A stretch of 64,000 bases of DNA from Carpediemonas membranifera BICM (lineage: Eukaryota; Protista; Fornicata), in assembly GCA_019828565.1 (NCBI GenBank), contig JAHDYR010000004.1:372001-436000 (forward strand). The letters are read 5' to 3'. The notes below the pieces were generated by a model. That model did no database searches, was not told the origin of the DNA, and saw only the letters and a list, made by a program, of their open reading frames with translations. The position numbers were made by a program, and so were the translations under genes. Of the stretch, positions 44,327 to 55,779 are shown piece by piece; positions within the stretch are counted from its first letter, which is position 1, and the number at the start of each line of letters is the position of its first letter.

Positions 44327-44689
44327 CACTATCGCAATGAGACTAGCTGTCTGTTGCAGAGAGAAAACCCTCGTCATTTCGAAAAAGGTGGAAACTATTT
44401 GGGCAGTTGGTGTGCCAGTTTCTGTTGACGTGCGATGGTCAGGAGCGTGTTTTGAATGCCCTGTGTTTCTTTGAAATATTTCTTCGCCCTTCTGATTCTG
44501 CTGGTTATCACGAGACGATACTCCTCCCTTACAATCGTCAACGTAATTTTTCGCACGACCGCGACTGAAGCAGAGTCATCGTAGAGCAATCAACAATGAC
44601 GGGTAAAGCATGCGGCATTTACAGTTCCCCAGGACGACCCTGGTGATAAACTAAGAGACGGGTCAAGTAGCTGCTGGGATGATGGGGGC

Positions 44690-45094
44690 TCACTTCGGTG
44701 TCATTCTCTTCTTCATCAGGTCGATGCTGTCGCCCGGCCTGTCAAACTGGGGCGACTGACGTGGGATGGCGCGAGGCTCGGGGGGCATTGGATGTGCTCG
44801 CTTGAACAACGTAATCGCCCTTTCAATCATACTGTCACGATCATCCTTGTCTAGCTCCATGGAATTGGCAGGAATATAGCGCAGACCATCTTCGTCCTCC
44901 GAGCTAAACACGGCACTCATTAGATCACGCGGACTACTTCGTATCTGCGTTATTACAACAAGGAATCTGCCATGTTGTAGTGTAAAGATTATGTTCCCCG
45001 CTAGATCTACCGCTTTTCGCGGCGTCTCGCTGCTCATGACCGCGGTCAAATTCTCAGCCCGCAGAATATCTCTGCCGACAGAAGGGTCAGTCAT
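44690..45094 (-). CDS. Hypothetical protein (134 aa)
   Basis: ATG-started ORF of protein-like composition; no family recognised. Confidence 0.5.
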   Translation of the reverse strand: MTDPSVGRDILRAENLTAVMSSETPRKAVDLAGNIIFTLQHGRFLVVITQIRSSPRDLMSAVFSSEDEDGLRYIPANSMELDKDDRDSMIERAITLFKRAHPMPPEPRAIPRQSPQFDRPGDSIDLMKKRMTPK

Positions 45095-45195
45095 GCGCTA
45101 AAATACCGTGTCTGGCGGACCCCATCGGTGTGTCGGCCCGGTGATATAGCCTATAGTGCCAAGCCGGAGTGTGCAGTTTATGTCACTTCACGACG

Positions 45196-46483
45196 ATGGA
45201 TTACCGCTCAGCCGCAAGGAAGCTGCCCGAGGCCACGGGTGGCGAGAAACGGAAGTACTATGCGATGAAAAGCGCAGACAAGCTTGATGCTCCCGATGAA
45301 AGCGTCTCAATGGGCACCAAGCGCATGGTTGCTGTCATGATTGGCTATGTAGGTTTGTACGACACCGTACGATGACACAGGAACAGGTTACTACGGTCTT
45401 CAGATCCAGGAGGGCCCCGACGGTCTTCCTACTATCGAGGGCGAGGTCTTCAAGGCCCTTGTCGCAGCCGGTGCCGTATCCGAGGAGAACGCCGTCTCCG
45501 TCCACAAGATCAAGTGGTCCCGCACTGCACGGACGGATAAGGGCGTGCATGCGCTGAGAAATATCCTGGCGTGCAAGCTTGTTCTCTCCGAGGACCTTGT
45601 GGCCGCCGTCAACGCGCATCTCCCGCCCGCGGTCAGGATGTTTGGATACGCGCGGACAACCAAGTCATTCAACGCCAAGAACGCGTGCTGTGCGCGGACG
45701 TACAACTATGTCATCCCCGTCTCGGCGTTCAGACCCCTCGGCTCCGCTGAGGAGGTCAAGGCACGGTGGTCTGCAGCCGAGCAGGGCGAGCTTCCCGCAG
45801 CACTGCAGTGGGAGGGCGAGTGGGAGTTCAGCGACAGCACGCTGGCCCTGATCAACGACACGCTCGCCGGGTTTGTCGGCTTCCACAAGTTCCACAACTA
45901 CTCGAGCGGGATCAAGTTCGGGCAGCACCAGAGCACCCGTAACATCATCAGCTTCACCGCTGCTGCCCCCACTGTGGTGAACGGCGTCCCTGTCGTCGTA
46001 GCGACCGTTCACGGCGAGTCCTTTGTGTATAATCAAATCAGGAAAATGATCGGCGCCATGCTTGCGGTGGTGACAGCCCGCGGCCCGCCATCCCTGCTCG
46101 CGCTCTCCTTCAAGGACCACTCGATAAGAGTTCCCCTGGCCCCGGGTGAGTTCCTCCACCTCGAGCGGTGCCACTTCGACCACTACCACGAGACTCTCGT
46201 CGGGCACCCCAGACTCGACTTCGACGACTGTGACTCGGCCGTCGAGGAGTTCCGAGCGAACTTCATTCACCCTGCGATGGTCCAGAGCGCGCCAGTCATG
46301 GAGCAGTTTATGACCGAGATGGAGGACATGTTCGACGAGGTCGCCGCACTCGCACGGCAAGAGGAGGCCAAGGACGTCAAGCGGGCGACGATGGCGCGCT
46401 CAGTCCGACTTGAGCCGTTTGAGTATCTCCCGTCTGGGGATAAGGCGAGGCTGCGGGCGGAGATCGAGTTGTGGTCCGAGTAG
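45196..46483 (+). CDS. PUS1: tRNA pseudouridine synthase, TruA/Pus1 family; 28-nt intron at 45353-45380
   Basis: Spliced IGYVG/TGYYGLQ; ARTDKGVHA; ARTYNY; GFHKFHNY; GESFVYNQIRKMIG. Confidence 0.93.
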
Positions 46484-47093
46484 GTCCCACAGTGTAAATA
46501 ACTAGCGGTTTATGGGTTTATGCGGTCGGAGGGTCACGCCATCGGGGACCAGCCAGGGGAACTCGCCGTCCAACTCAGTGTCACTGGATACGAACGATGC
46601 CTCTGCGGTCTGTCTCGCCGACTGACAGCCTGAGCGTCGCCCGCTCAGGCGACACTGGGTCGGGTGTGCTTTTTCATCCATGCTCATTCATGATCGAACC
46701 AGGAACAGAATTTGTGTGAACAACATACAATTAGGCGCACCACTCCCTTACAATCCACATCCATTACTTTCTCTCACGGATTACTCTCCATTTCCGCCGT
46801 TTACAGTGTTTTAGAGCCCAGGGCTGTACATGCTGCTGCCGCAGGTATCAGTCCCCGCCAGATAGTACGTACGGCTAGGACCCTCCCTGCACAGCGGGGC
46901 AGCGCTTCCATCAGCGGCCTTCGCTGCGTTTTGACCCATAGTGCTTATCTTGTGCCATGACTGTACATAGACTCATGTATCATCATAAATGGCCTTTATA
47001 CCGTTCCCAACGACAAACTCCCGAGAAGCATCAACCTAGGTGGACGCGGATAACACCTTTATGACGTATTAAGCTATGCTACTGTACACCGCA

Positions 47094-50000
47094 CTACCGC
47101 TTGTACTTGGCTTCGCCAGTCCATAGCGGCCTGTCCCGCGCCTCGAGCACCACGTGCACCCGCTTGCCAGAGATCCGCCAGCGACACGCCATCGTCCGGA
47201 TGTCGCTGTTGGTCAGGTCCACGCTGGTGTCCTGGAGGAGGATGATGGCGTTTGAATTAATCATAACGACAATGGCGACCTGGGTGTTGTTGGCGGCGAG
47301 GATGAACGGCTTGTCCTTGTCGCAGACGGACACGAAGAGCGGAGGCCCGTCGTTCTCGCCCCAGCACTTCACCAGCATCGTCCGGAAGTTACCCCGGAGC
47401 TGGAAGACCCTCAGACTACTAGGGCACTCCCCCACGGCAAGCATGGCGGTGTTGCCGTCAATGAGGGGCAGCGCGGCCATGCGATCAGTGAGCTGCAGCC
47501 CGTTTCTGACGAGGACGTCGACTGCTAGTGCAGTGTGGAGGGTCGGGTCCCGCTGGCAGATCATGTCCAGCAGCATCATGCCCCGCTTGCGGTCGTCCGG
47601 CTCGTTGCTCGCCCTCAGGAGAGACTGGGCGGCGCTGACAAGGGCGTGCGAGTCGTGACGTCCGTCCCTGCCAAGCAACGCGGTCGTCACGGCGAAGGCG
47701 CTCTGCGTCTGGCACACGGCCCGCCGCAGCATCGCCGTGAGCACAGTCGTCATCGCCGGGACGCCCTGCATCACCGAGGCCACCAGTATGGCTGTATCCA
47801 GCCCGGGGTCCTCTCGTGTGCTCGAGTGCAGCGTCGTCAGCGGGGCAACGTCGGGGTCGCCCTCGATGAGCATGTTCCCCAGCAGGTTGGCCACAGCCAG
47901 CGTCGGGTGCTGCTCGCTGGGCGGGTGCACCGGCAGCGGCACCCTGCGTCGGCCCCGGGCGACCGCCAGGACATATGTCGCGGCCGCAGTGAGAAGGGGC
48001 ACATGGCCGGCGATGAGGTCGACCAGGAGGGAGCAGTCGGGCGCCTCCATGGGCCCTGGGATGGGGTACTCGTCGGGCCGGGTGAAAGGGCTCTTGAAGG
48101 AGAGGAACGCCAACGCTGTGCGGATGACTGTCGCGATCGTGTCGTACTGGGCCCGACGGTCGGCATAGGAGCACGCGATACAGCCTGTGTCGGCGGGTAT
48201 GCGGGGGCTTTTGTGGATTCGAACAACGGTCAGCCAGTCAGATTCGAGGATCTTGAGGAAATCTCGGGGCAATCTCAAAAGATCAGGCGAATCTTCCTCG
48301 GGCGGGAGCCACACGCCGAGGATGCTCGAGATGGCGGCCAATCGTGACTCCGTCGAGTCGTCCAGACGGGGCATGCCGGTCACCGCCTGCGACGGCTGCC
48401 CCAGTTGACTCAGCATCCCCTGCAGCCGGAGCCGGAGCATGCCAGACCCGCTGGGCACGACACATGACAGCATCGCGCCCTGGTCGACCTCAGCTCCGGT
48501 CCCCCTGGGGGTCCCCGGCCCCCTGATTGACGCCGACCGGGGCCGAGTGTGAGCAGTTACAGTGCTCGCCCGCTGCCTGCCGACCATCTTACTGTCGGAC
48601 CCGGTGGGGGTGGAGGCCGAGGGTGACTGCAGGACCCCGCTGCGAGCCCGGTGCCAGCCAGGATAGACCCCATCCGCCGCGGCCCTGGTCTCCAGATCCG
48701 CCCGGGTCGCCTCGAGCATGGCCCTGCGTGTGTGCGGTATGGGTACGTCGTCGAGCCACGACACGCTTGTGTAGAGCGAGTCGGAGCAGTCTAGCGGGCG
48801 GGAGAGCCCGATGATGGTGTCGGCGATGCTGTGGACGACAAGGTGTGCGGTGGGGTGCCGCACTGGGTCCCATGGGATGGCGCACGCGGCGGTGAAGACG
48901 ACGTCGCTGAGTGATGCGGGTCTGACTGCGGTGTTGGCGTGGTACAGGGTGACGGTGCCCTGCGTCAGCACGGCCAGATGCTCGGGGACGATCACACCGG
49001 ACACGACCGTGGCAGAGGTGCCGGTGGCGACCAGCTGCGGGGCCCCGCCGACCGGGATGGACATGACGGGGGTCAATGCACCGTCTGTCAGGACTGCCAG
49101 CGTCACGCGGCCCTCGTGGGCAAGGACGAGCACGGGGGCCAGCGAACTGTCGCCCCTGCCACCCCTCCGCGCCTGGAAGCCTGTGAGCGGGTTCCTTGTG
49201 GCCGGGGTGGGGTGGGGCGACATGGAGGTCATCGCCGTGACCGGGGCGGGGGCGGTGAGGTCGAGGCCCTCCTCCAGCACTGTGAGCCGAGTGCCCCGGG
49301 CCACGACGTGCCTCACTCTGCGTCTCATGACGATCTTAGTGAGCATGCCGGCGCTCGGATCCTCCTGGGCGAGCTGGCCGACCTGCTCGAGCGTCTCGGC
49401 CGAATAAACGGCCCCGGCCACGTCCACCACGACCCCGGCGGCCGGGACGACCGTGGTGGGCATACTAAGGGTGCTAAGGGGCGAGGTGCCGATCGTGGGC
49501 GGGTCCGTCGAGTAGGACCAGGCGGCCGTCTGCCCCTCAGAGGAGAGCACGAAGGTCGAGCCGCACACGCCCCAGCATCGGGCAGTGGGGAAGGGCAGGG
49601 CGATGGGGATGTCGGCAACAGGCACCATTGGCTCGGCGAGGTCGCCCGTCGGCCGGTATACGAAGAGGATGGCCATGTCCTCGCTGTAAAGGCCCAGCGT
49701 GAACACCAGTCCGCCCTCCACCTGCAGCCCGCGGCACGGTAGCTTCTGGGCGACGATGCCGTGGCTCTCGTTCTCCAGGTGGTATGTGCGGAGCTCGGCC
49801 ACGTCGTCCCCGGCCTCGGACTCGGCGTCAGACGGGGCGCGGGGGTTCGAGAGCAGCACGGCCAGCATGTCGACGATGGCCACCTGCTCGCACGGATATG
49901 GGCACGTCACCAGCTCGTCTGGCTCGGGGACGTCCCGGTCAAGGCGGTAGAGCGTCGTTGTCGTCTCGTGGATGGCCACGGCGAGCACTGCTCCAGGGCC

Positions 50001-50345
50001 GGTGTGGATGGAATAGCGAAGGGCCGGTGGGAGGTTCCATTTCGTGTCGACGACGCCTGTGGCGATGTCGATGCCGCGGCATTCGTTCCTGTCTGAGAGG
50101 ATCACGAGCTGGCCCTCGTGGACGCAGTAGTCGACAATCTCGGATGTCTGGGCGTACACTGTGCGCTCTAGTTCATATCTATGGCTCCCCTTCTCCGCCG
50201 CCCGCCATATGACGACTGTCAAGTATTTGGCAGCGACGAAAGTGTGTATAAGACGCGGAACGCCATCAAAATCAGTATAAATCACTTGCCGATCTACATC
50301 TACATTGCGGTGATCGGCAAGGCGCGATGAGAGCTCAATCTGCAT
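47094..50345 (-). CDS. Large hypothetical protein with probable beta-propeller regions (possibly WDR7/WDR72-like)
   Basis: 1083-aa ORF with beta-strand-rich N- and C-terminal parts and a helical middle; family is a guess. Confidence 0.6.
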   Translation of the reverse strand: MQIELSSRLADHRNVDVDRQVIYTDFDGVPRLIHTFVAAKYLTVVIWRAAEKGSHRYELERTVYAQTSEIVDYCVHEGQLVILSDRNECRGIDIATGVVDTKWNLPPALRYSIHTGPGAVLAVAIHETTTTLYRLDRDVPEPDELVTCPYPCEQVAIVDMLAVLLSNPRAPSDAESEAGDDVAELRTYHLENESHGIVAQKLPCRGLQVEGGLVFTLGLYSEDMAILFVYRPTGDLAEPMVPVADIPIALPFPTARCWGVCGSTFVLSSEGQTAAWSYSTDPPTIGTSPLSTLSMPTTVVPAAGVVVDVAGAVYSAETLEQVGQLAQEDPSAGMLTKIVMRRRVRHVVARGTRLTVLEEGLDLTAPAPVTAMTSMSPHPTPATRNPLTGFQARRGGRGDSSLAPVLVLAHEGRVTLAVLTDGALTPVMSIPVGGAPQLVATGTSATVVSGVIVPEHLAVLTQGTVTLYHANTAVRPASLSDVVFTAACAIPWDPVRHPTAHLVVHSIADTIIGLSRPLDCSDSLYTSVSWLDDVPIPHTRRAMLEATRADLETRAAADGVYPGWHRARSGVLQSPSASTPTGSDSKMVGRQRASTVTAHTRPRSASIRGPGTPRGTGAEVDQGAMLSCVVPSGSGMLRLRLQGMLSQLGQPSQAVTGMPRLDDSTESRLAAISSILGVWLPPEEDSPDLLRLPRDFLKILESDWLTVVRIHKSPRIPADTGCIACSYADRRAQYDTIATVIRTALAFLSFKSPFTRPDEYPIPGPMEAPDCSLLVDLIAGHVPLLTAAATYVLAVARGRRRVPLPVHPPSEQHPTLAVANLLGNMLIEGDPDVAPLTTLHSSTREDPGLDTAILVASVMQGVPAMTTVLTAMLRRAVCQTQSAFAVTTALLGRDGRHDSHALVSAAQSLLRASNEPDDRKRGMMLLDMICQRDPTLHTALAVDVLVRNGLQLTDRMAALPLIDGNTAMLAVGECPSSLRVFQLRGNFRTMLVKCWGENDGPPLFVSVCDKDKPFILAANNTQVAIVVMINSNAIILLQDTSVDLTNSDIRTMACRWRISGKRVHVVLEARDRPLWTGEAKYKR

Positions 50346-50659
50346 CCGACCAAGCGTACTCTCGAGCTGAGCATTTTAGCGTCGACTCGCCTCGACTCAG
50401 GCCAAGACACACGATGACACTGCCCAGTCATCCCCTCCGTGCTATCATCGCTCTCGCTTTCTTTTCGTGTTCGTCGGCTGAACCCATCACTTATCATTGA
50501 CCACCTGAGACAGGATCACCGGGGTTGACACGACTGGCTGTAATCGACCGGGAAACTGACCATGCGCCGCAGTAACCGTGACGGTCTGTCGAATCAGATC
50601 CAAATTTTTTTGTGCGACGGTCAGCAAATAAAGGCGATACATGATCGCAAACCTAAATT

Positions 50660-51143
50660 TTAAAGGTTCTTGATGTGGCCCTTAAGAGCGGCGAGGGCAG
50701 CGGTGTCCTCACCCCAGTTAGTGAGGCAGGCGGAGGAGCAAGCGACGACCTTGCAGGCCTCGCCCTCCTCGTTGAAGCGGCAGAGGCCGGCCCACTCGCC
50801 GAGGGTCTTCTTGGACTCAACCTGCATGAGGGGAACCTCGCGGTCCTTGCAGAGAGCGGTAACCTGTGTGATGCGGCGGGTGGAAAGAACAAACGAGCTT
50901 GGTGTACTGCTGGTTATCGCAATCGGCGGCAAGGAGGCAGATGACGGCGCGCTTGCTGTCAACAGCCTTGGCAACCTCGCGGAGGCCGCGGAGAAGGCCG
51001 TCGGTGAAACGAGCGGACTTCATCACCTCACGGAGAGCCTCCATGGGCTCGTAGGTGACGGGGGAAACCTCGGTGGTCTCAACAGCCTGAACTGGGTAAG
51101 ATGGACACCCGAACGATCACAAACCGGGAGTCTCAGCGTCCAT
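50660..51143 (-). CDS. RPS12: 40S ribosomal protein S12 (eS12); introns at 51092-51124 (33 nt) and 50864-50894 (31 nt)
   Basis: DGLLRGLREVAKA, YTKL/VTALC, LGEWAGLC, KVVACS after splicing. Confidence 0.95.
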
Positions 51144-51271
51144 AGAAGATAATCGCTTCCTGACATTTTTTCATGTAAAAAAGTGCATGAAAAAAGATGG
51201 GAACGAGGCAAAGGAAGAATCGCAGACCATGGCATAGCATACCTTTATCCCAATCCGTTGACTGATGATCC

Positions 51272-54200
51272 TCAGTCGATCTCGATCACCTCCGCGGGCT
51301 CCCCCGTCGTTGTGCTCTGTACAATGCTCCCGGTCACCCGCTGTTGCCCCGGCTGGGCCTGCACCTGCTGGACAGGCTGTGTCTGGGGCTGGGGCTGGGC
51401 GGGTCTCACGCGAGCCTGGTAGCCGTGGCCCGCAGTGATGTTGTTCTGGATGGCGTTGACGCGGCTCTGATAGATCCTGTTGTGCTGGGCCCACAGATCA
51501 GGGTCGAGGATGTTCAGCAGCAGCTTCCGCAGCAGCCTCATCCTGTTCTGGATGACCGAGCGCAGGTCCTTGTGGCCCGACGTCCTGTGCTCGGGCAGGG
51601 CCGCTAGCGTCTCCATAATGCCCAACGTGCGGTCGAACAGCAGTGCCCCGTTATCGATGCCGTGCCGCGCCATTCCTACGACGATCCTGTTGTCGAGTCC
51701 GACTGGCCATGTGGGGCTGGGCGACGTCTGGTCCTGGACTAGTCTGCACAGATCGAGGTCCATGCCCATCAGGGGGAAGCAGTTGACGTAGTCGTCCCGC
51801 ACGAGCCGGGTGAGCCAGGAACTGGGGTCAAAACGCATGTTCGGGTCGTCGCATGCGGCGCTCCACTCAGTCACACCCTCGTCCTTGCTGGCGGCGTTCC
51901 CTGCGGTCGGCAGGGGCACCGTGAAGGCCGCATACGTGTGCGTACCCACGATCTTGCGGGCTACGGGCTTGATGAGTCGGGTGAGGTGCCAGTGGGCGGC
52001 GATCATCTCGATATTAGGGACGCCCCTCATGAAGGGCTCGATCTCGTCCCCATTGGCCAGGGTCCCACGGTCGGCCCGCACCATGGGCTCCATCTCAGCG
52101 ATCTCACGGACCTGGAGGGCCATGTCGGCAGACGCCTTGACGAGGTCCTCCGAGGGGTGGCTGAGAGCGCCCTTGAGTGTGATCGACGCGAGGCCCTGGT
52201 TCTGCTTGATGTAATCCCACTCCGCGGCAAGGTCGATGTCCCCCCGGTTGCGGAGGAACGAGAACAGCGCCCGCCGCTCAGGCTCAGTGAAACCGTGGAC
52301 AACAAGCGGCACGTGCTTGCGGCGAGCCATGCGCTGCATCGCAACAGCCCGCATGGACCTGGCGGCGAGTTCACCCGGCTCGAGGGGGGCGTCCACGGGA
52401 GTCGGCTCGGGCGTCTGGGAGTGGTACTCGTACTCGTCGCCCTCGTCGTCGTCTCCGCTGTCGAACGCTCGCTTGTACAGGCGCGTCTTGCGGGCGCTGC
52501 GCTTGATGGCGCGCTGCTTCTCCTCCTTCTCGGCGTAGCTCTTGAGGATTCCCTGCCAGAAGGCGTTGTCGTCGCCGACATCCGCGGTCTCCTTATAATC
52601 CGCCAGTTCGAAAGCCTTGAAGAGGTCGACGTCCTCGGCCTCGCCCTCGCTGACGTCCTGGTCGAACCGGGCAAGGTTGATCCCGTCGACGCCCTCCCAC
52701 TCGCCGATGACGCTGCCGATGCGGGCGAGCTGGGCCTCGCGCTGCTTGGCGTGGAAGGCCTTGCTGAGTGCGTTCCTCTCCTGGGCGGACTGGGTCTCGA
52801 GGTCGTCCACGGTGGACACCATGCTGAGTATGTCCGCCTCCTTGTACACGATGGTGCTCTCCCCGTCGGGTTGGGCGTCGTCCTCGAACAGCTTGCGGGC
52901 CCCGAACTTGACGAGCTCCTGGATCTCCGTCTCCGTCAGGGTGGCGCGGTCCATGCGTTTGACGACCACATGGTCCGCTACGAGCTTGCTCTTGGCCTTG
53001 GCGAGGATCTTTTCTTCGACTGTGCCCCTGGTGACGAGCTTGAACACGTGGACGGGTCTTTGCTGGCCGACCCGGTGTGTGCGACACAGCGCCTGTATGT
53101 CTCGGTGGGGGTTCCAGTCGGAGTCGAAGATGATGACGGTGTTCGCCTGCACCAGGTTGAGCCCCTCCCCGCCGGCCCGGGTCGACAACAGGAACACGGG
53201 GATGTTCTCGTTGTTGAAGCGGAGGATGCTCTCCTCTCTGTCAGACCGGCTGACACGACCGTCGAGGATGACAAACTCGATCCCCTCGAGCTCGAGAACT
53301 TGGGCGATCAGATCCAGGGTCGACGTGAACTGGGAGTAGACCAGGAAACGGTCCCCCCGCTTGATCAGGGCATGCAGGATCGTCACGAGGGTGCTCATCT
53401 TGCCGCTCATGGACAGGATGCGCTTGAGGGTGTCCTCGGGCGTGCCGTTGTCGAGCATATCCATCAGAGTCTCCTTGAACCGGTTGTCCGTGAGCAGCCC
53501 GTTGTTGCAGCACTTCCGCAGCTGCATGAGCAGGTTGCTGCACGCCATCTTCAGCTTGCGGGTGGTGGGGTCGATGCCGGCCTCCAGGATGTGCCGGTAC
53601 ATGATCCGCTGCTCGGGCAGCATGTCCACGGGCACCAGCAGCTCCTTCTTGGGCGGCAGGTGGGGCAGCACGTCCTGCTTCCGTCTCCGCAGCATGACGG
53701 ACCTCAGCTTCTTGTGAATGTCCTCAAGCTGGCCTATGGCGGCGTCCAGCATCATACTCGGGTCAGCGTCCTCGGTGCCGACGAAGTCCTCCATGGACGG
53801 GAACTTCTTGGGGTCAATGAACTTCAGCAGAGTGTGAAGCTCCCCAATGGTGTTCTGCATCGGAGTTCCCGTCAGCAAAAGCACCATGCCCTGCTTGCGG
53901 GACGTCGTCACTGTAGAGGGCACTGCGAGTGTGTACTGCTGGAGCTGCTTCCTCAGCTGGCTCGACTCTGACTTGAGTCGATGGGCCTCGTCGACGATCA
54001 TGACGGGGTAGATAAGCTTGGCGAGCTTGGCCCCGGATAGGATGACTTGGTTGTACGTCGTCAGGACAATGTCGATGCGGCGCTTGCCCTTGATAGCGGG
54101 GGTGAGCTCGAGCTCCATGAGGGCCTCGCGGTCGGCCTTGTCGCCATAGAATGGGACGACATGCATGTCGGGACACCACTTCCTCGCCTCGGCCGCCCAG

Positions 54201-55393
54201 TTGTCGAGCACGGACAGCCCGACGACGACGAGGAAGGGGCCGTATATGCCGTAGTCGGCGAGACTGGCAAGGAAGGCCAGCGTCTGTATCGTCTTGCCGC
54301 ACCCCATGTCGTCAGCGAGAATCACACCGGGCTGGCCCACAACAAACGCAGCCCGCAGCCAGTTGACGCCGTCGAGCTGGAAGGGCAGCAGCTCGCCGTG
54401 CACATGGGGCGGGGTTCGCGTCAAGTTCTTAAAGTGCCCCAGGGCCGTCTCGTGGTAGTAGTCGCGCGCCTTCGGGGCCACGGTCTTGCGGTGGCGGGGC
54501 GGGGCCCGGGAGTGCGGGTCCGTCTTGAGCAGCGCGGCGCGGTGGAGGAGCACAGGAAGCTCGGGGCAGGCGTACGCCGGAGACGCCTCGATGGCCTTGC
54601 TGGGCGGCATGCCGATGTACTTGATACGGACGTCGGACGAGCCCTCGATCGGGTAGACGACCTCGGGGATCATCAGCCGTATGGGCAGCCCGAAGCTGTG
54701 CAGCACGGCCCTGCGGTGGACCAGGAGCGCCCCAATGCGGGCCGCCTCGCTGACGTCCTCGGCGCCCTCGTCCTTGGGCAGGGGCGAGGCGGGCACCTCG
54801 TCGTCGTCTGCGGCCTCACCGTGGACGACCATGGTGCCCTGTTCGGATTCGCGGTCCAGCCAGGCGAGGAAGTCGTCCTCGTCGTCCTCGGGGGGCTTGC
54901 AGTTGCGGTGGCGTTCAAACCCGCCCAGTTTCATCGGTGCGATGATCTTGAGCCGGTACCGGGAGATGAATATGCTCGTGACGTAGGGCTCGTCGACCAT
55001 GCGGCACAAGTACTGCACACGCTCGTCGGGGTCCATCTCCGCAGCCTCCAGGTTCATGCGCACATCGTCCCGGACGCGCTGTTTCTCGATCATCTCGGTC
55101 ATCTCGGACAACGTGAGCACGCGCCGGCCGTAGATCTCGGCAATGTTGTCGCCGTTGCCTGTATCATGCACGCAACGGTGGCAAGAAGGCTCATCGTCCA
55201 AAATGGGTTCGATATCCAGCCCACAGATGGGGCACTCCCCCTCGTTCTCGTAGTCGCTGTCGGATGCGGTGGAGGAGCCGCTGTCGGTTTCGGCATCATG
55301 CCCTTCCCTTGGAAGATTCATCAATGGCTCCCAACGGCCATTAATATGCTCGCGTTCAAGCTTCTTGCGCCTTTTTGCGAGGAGGACCTCCAT
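51272..55393 (-). CDS. SNF2-family chromatin-remodelling ATPase, CHD-like
   Basis: FQLDGVNWL, ILADDMGCGKTIQ, VDEAHRLK, LLTGTPMQN, LLMQLRKCC, FLLSTRAGGEGLNL, DSDWNPHRDIQALCRTHRVGQ, KFGA..LF. Confidence 0.92.
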   Translation of the reverse strand: MEVLLAKRRKKLEREHINGRWEPLMNLPREGHDAETDSGSSTASDSDYENEGECPICGLDIEPILDDEPSCHRCVHDTGNGDNIAEIYGRRVLTLSEMTEMIEKQRVRDDVRMNLEAAEMDPDERVQYLCRMVDEPYVTSIFISRYRLKIIAPMKLGGFERHRNCKPPEDDEDDFLAWLDRESEQGTMVVHGEAADDDEVPASPLPKDEGAEDVSEAARIGALLVHRRAVLHSFGLPIRLMIPEVVYPIEGSSDVRIKYIGMPPSKAIEASPAYACPELPVLLHRAALLKTDPHSRAPPRHRKTVAPKARDYYHETALGHFKNLTRTPPHVHGELLPFQLDGVNWLRAAFVVGQPGVILADDMGCGKTIQTLAFLASLADYGIYGPFLVVVGLSVLDNWAAEARKWCPDMHVVPFYGDKADREALMELELTPAIKGKRRIDIVLTTYNQVILSGAKLAKLIYPVMIVDEAHRLKSESSQLRKQLQQYTLAVPSTVTTSRKQGMVLLLTGTPMQNTIGELHTLLKFIDPKKFPSMEDFVGTEDADPSMMLDAAIGQLEDIHKKLRSVMLRRRKQDVLPHLPPKKELLVPVDMLPEQRIMYRHILEAGIDPTTRKLKMACSNLLMQLRKCCNNGLLTDNRFKETLMDMLDNGTPEDTLKRILSMSGKMSTLVTILHALIKRGDRFLVYSQFTSTLDLIAQVLELEGIEFVILDGRVSRSDREESILRFNNENIPVFLLSTRAGGEGLNLVQANTVIIFDSDWNPHRDIQALCRTHRVGQQRPVHVFKLVTRGTVEEKILAKAKSKLVADHVVVKRMDRATLTETEIQELVKFGARKLFEDDAQPDGESTIVYKEADILSMVSTVDDLETQSAQERNALSKAFHAKQREAQLARIGSVIGEWEGVDGINLARFDQDVSEGEAEDVDLFKAFELADYKETADVGDDNAFWQGILKSYAEKEEKQRAIKRSARKTRLYKRAFDSGDDDEGDEYEYHSQTPEPTPVDAPLEPGELAARSMRAVAMQRMARRKHVPLVVHGFTEPERRALFSFLRNRGDIDLAAEWDYIKQNQGLASITLKGALSHPSEDLVKASADMALQVREIAEMEPMVRADRGTLANGDEIEPFMRGVPNIEMIAAHWHLTRLIKPVARKIVGTHTYAAFTVPLPTAGNAASKDEGVTEWSAACDDPNMRFDPSSWLTRLVRDDYVNCFPLMGMDLDLCRLVQDQTSPSPTWPVGLDNRIVVGMARHGIDNGALLFDRTLGIMETLAALPEHRTSGHKDLRSVIQNRMRLLRKLLLNILDPDLWAQHNRIYQSRVNAIQNNITAGHGYQARVRPAQPQPQTQPVQQVQAQPGQQRVTGSIVQSTTTGEPAEVIEID

Positions 55394-55779
55394 TGTGCGC
55401 GCGGGTTATCGATTTAAGGGCATCGCTTAAATTCATCACTTGATCCTGACCAGACTGACTCGCCATTCAGTCCAAACTATGTGTCACAGCTCAAAATGCG
55501 GCCAGTGACCCATAATGGCTTTGGCGGGCTCGCGCGCCTTTCCCGGCTGACACCAGCGATGGCACTGTCGACCCCGCCACGCACCCCAAGGAGGGCTGCA
55601 GCATGGCGAATGATAAATAAACAGTGCCATAGATCACGGCTGAGCATCACTCGGCACTCCACGAGCGGCCACGTCACCCCGATCCGGATGAGGTCCGATC
55701 TCGGAGATCCGCGCTTGACCCGGCCTGAGTCACCAGACCGCAGGAACCCAAACCCGTGCTATTTACAGCAGCGTGACTC

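Noticed and set aside
51938-55417. Long + strand ORFs (677 aa and 456 aa) opposite the CHD gene
   Set aside because: Shadow frames caused by high third-position GC; no motifs.
55559-55630. 10-bp inverted repeat ATGGCACTGT/ACAGTGCCAT upstream of the CHD gene
   Set aside because: No recognisable RNA family motif; compatible with chance.
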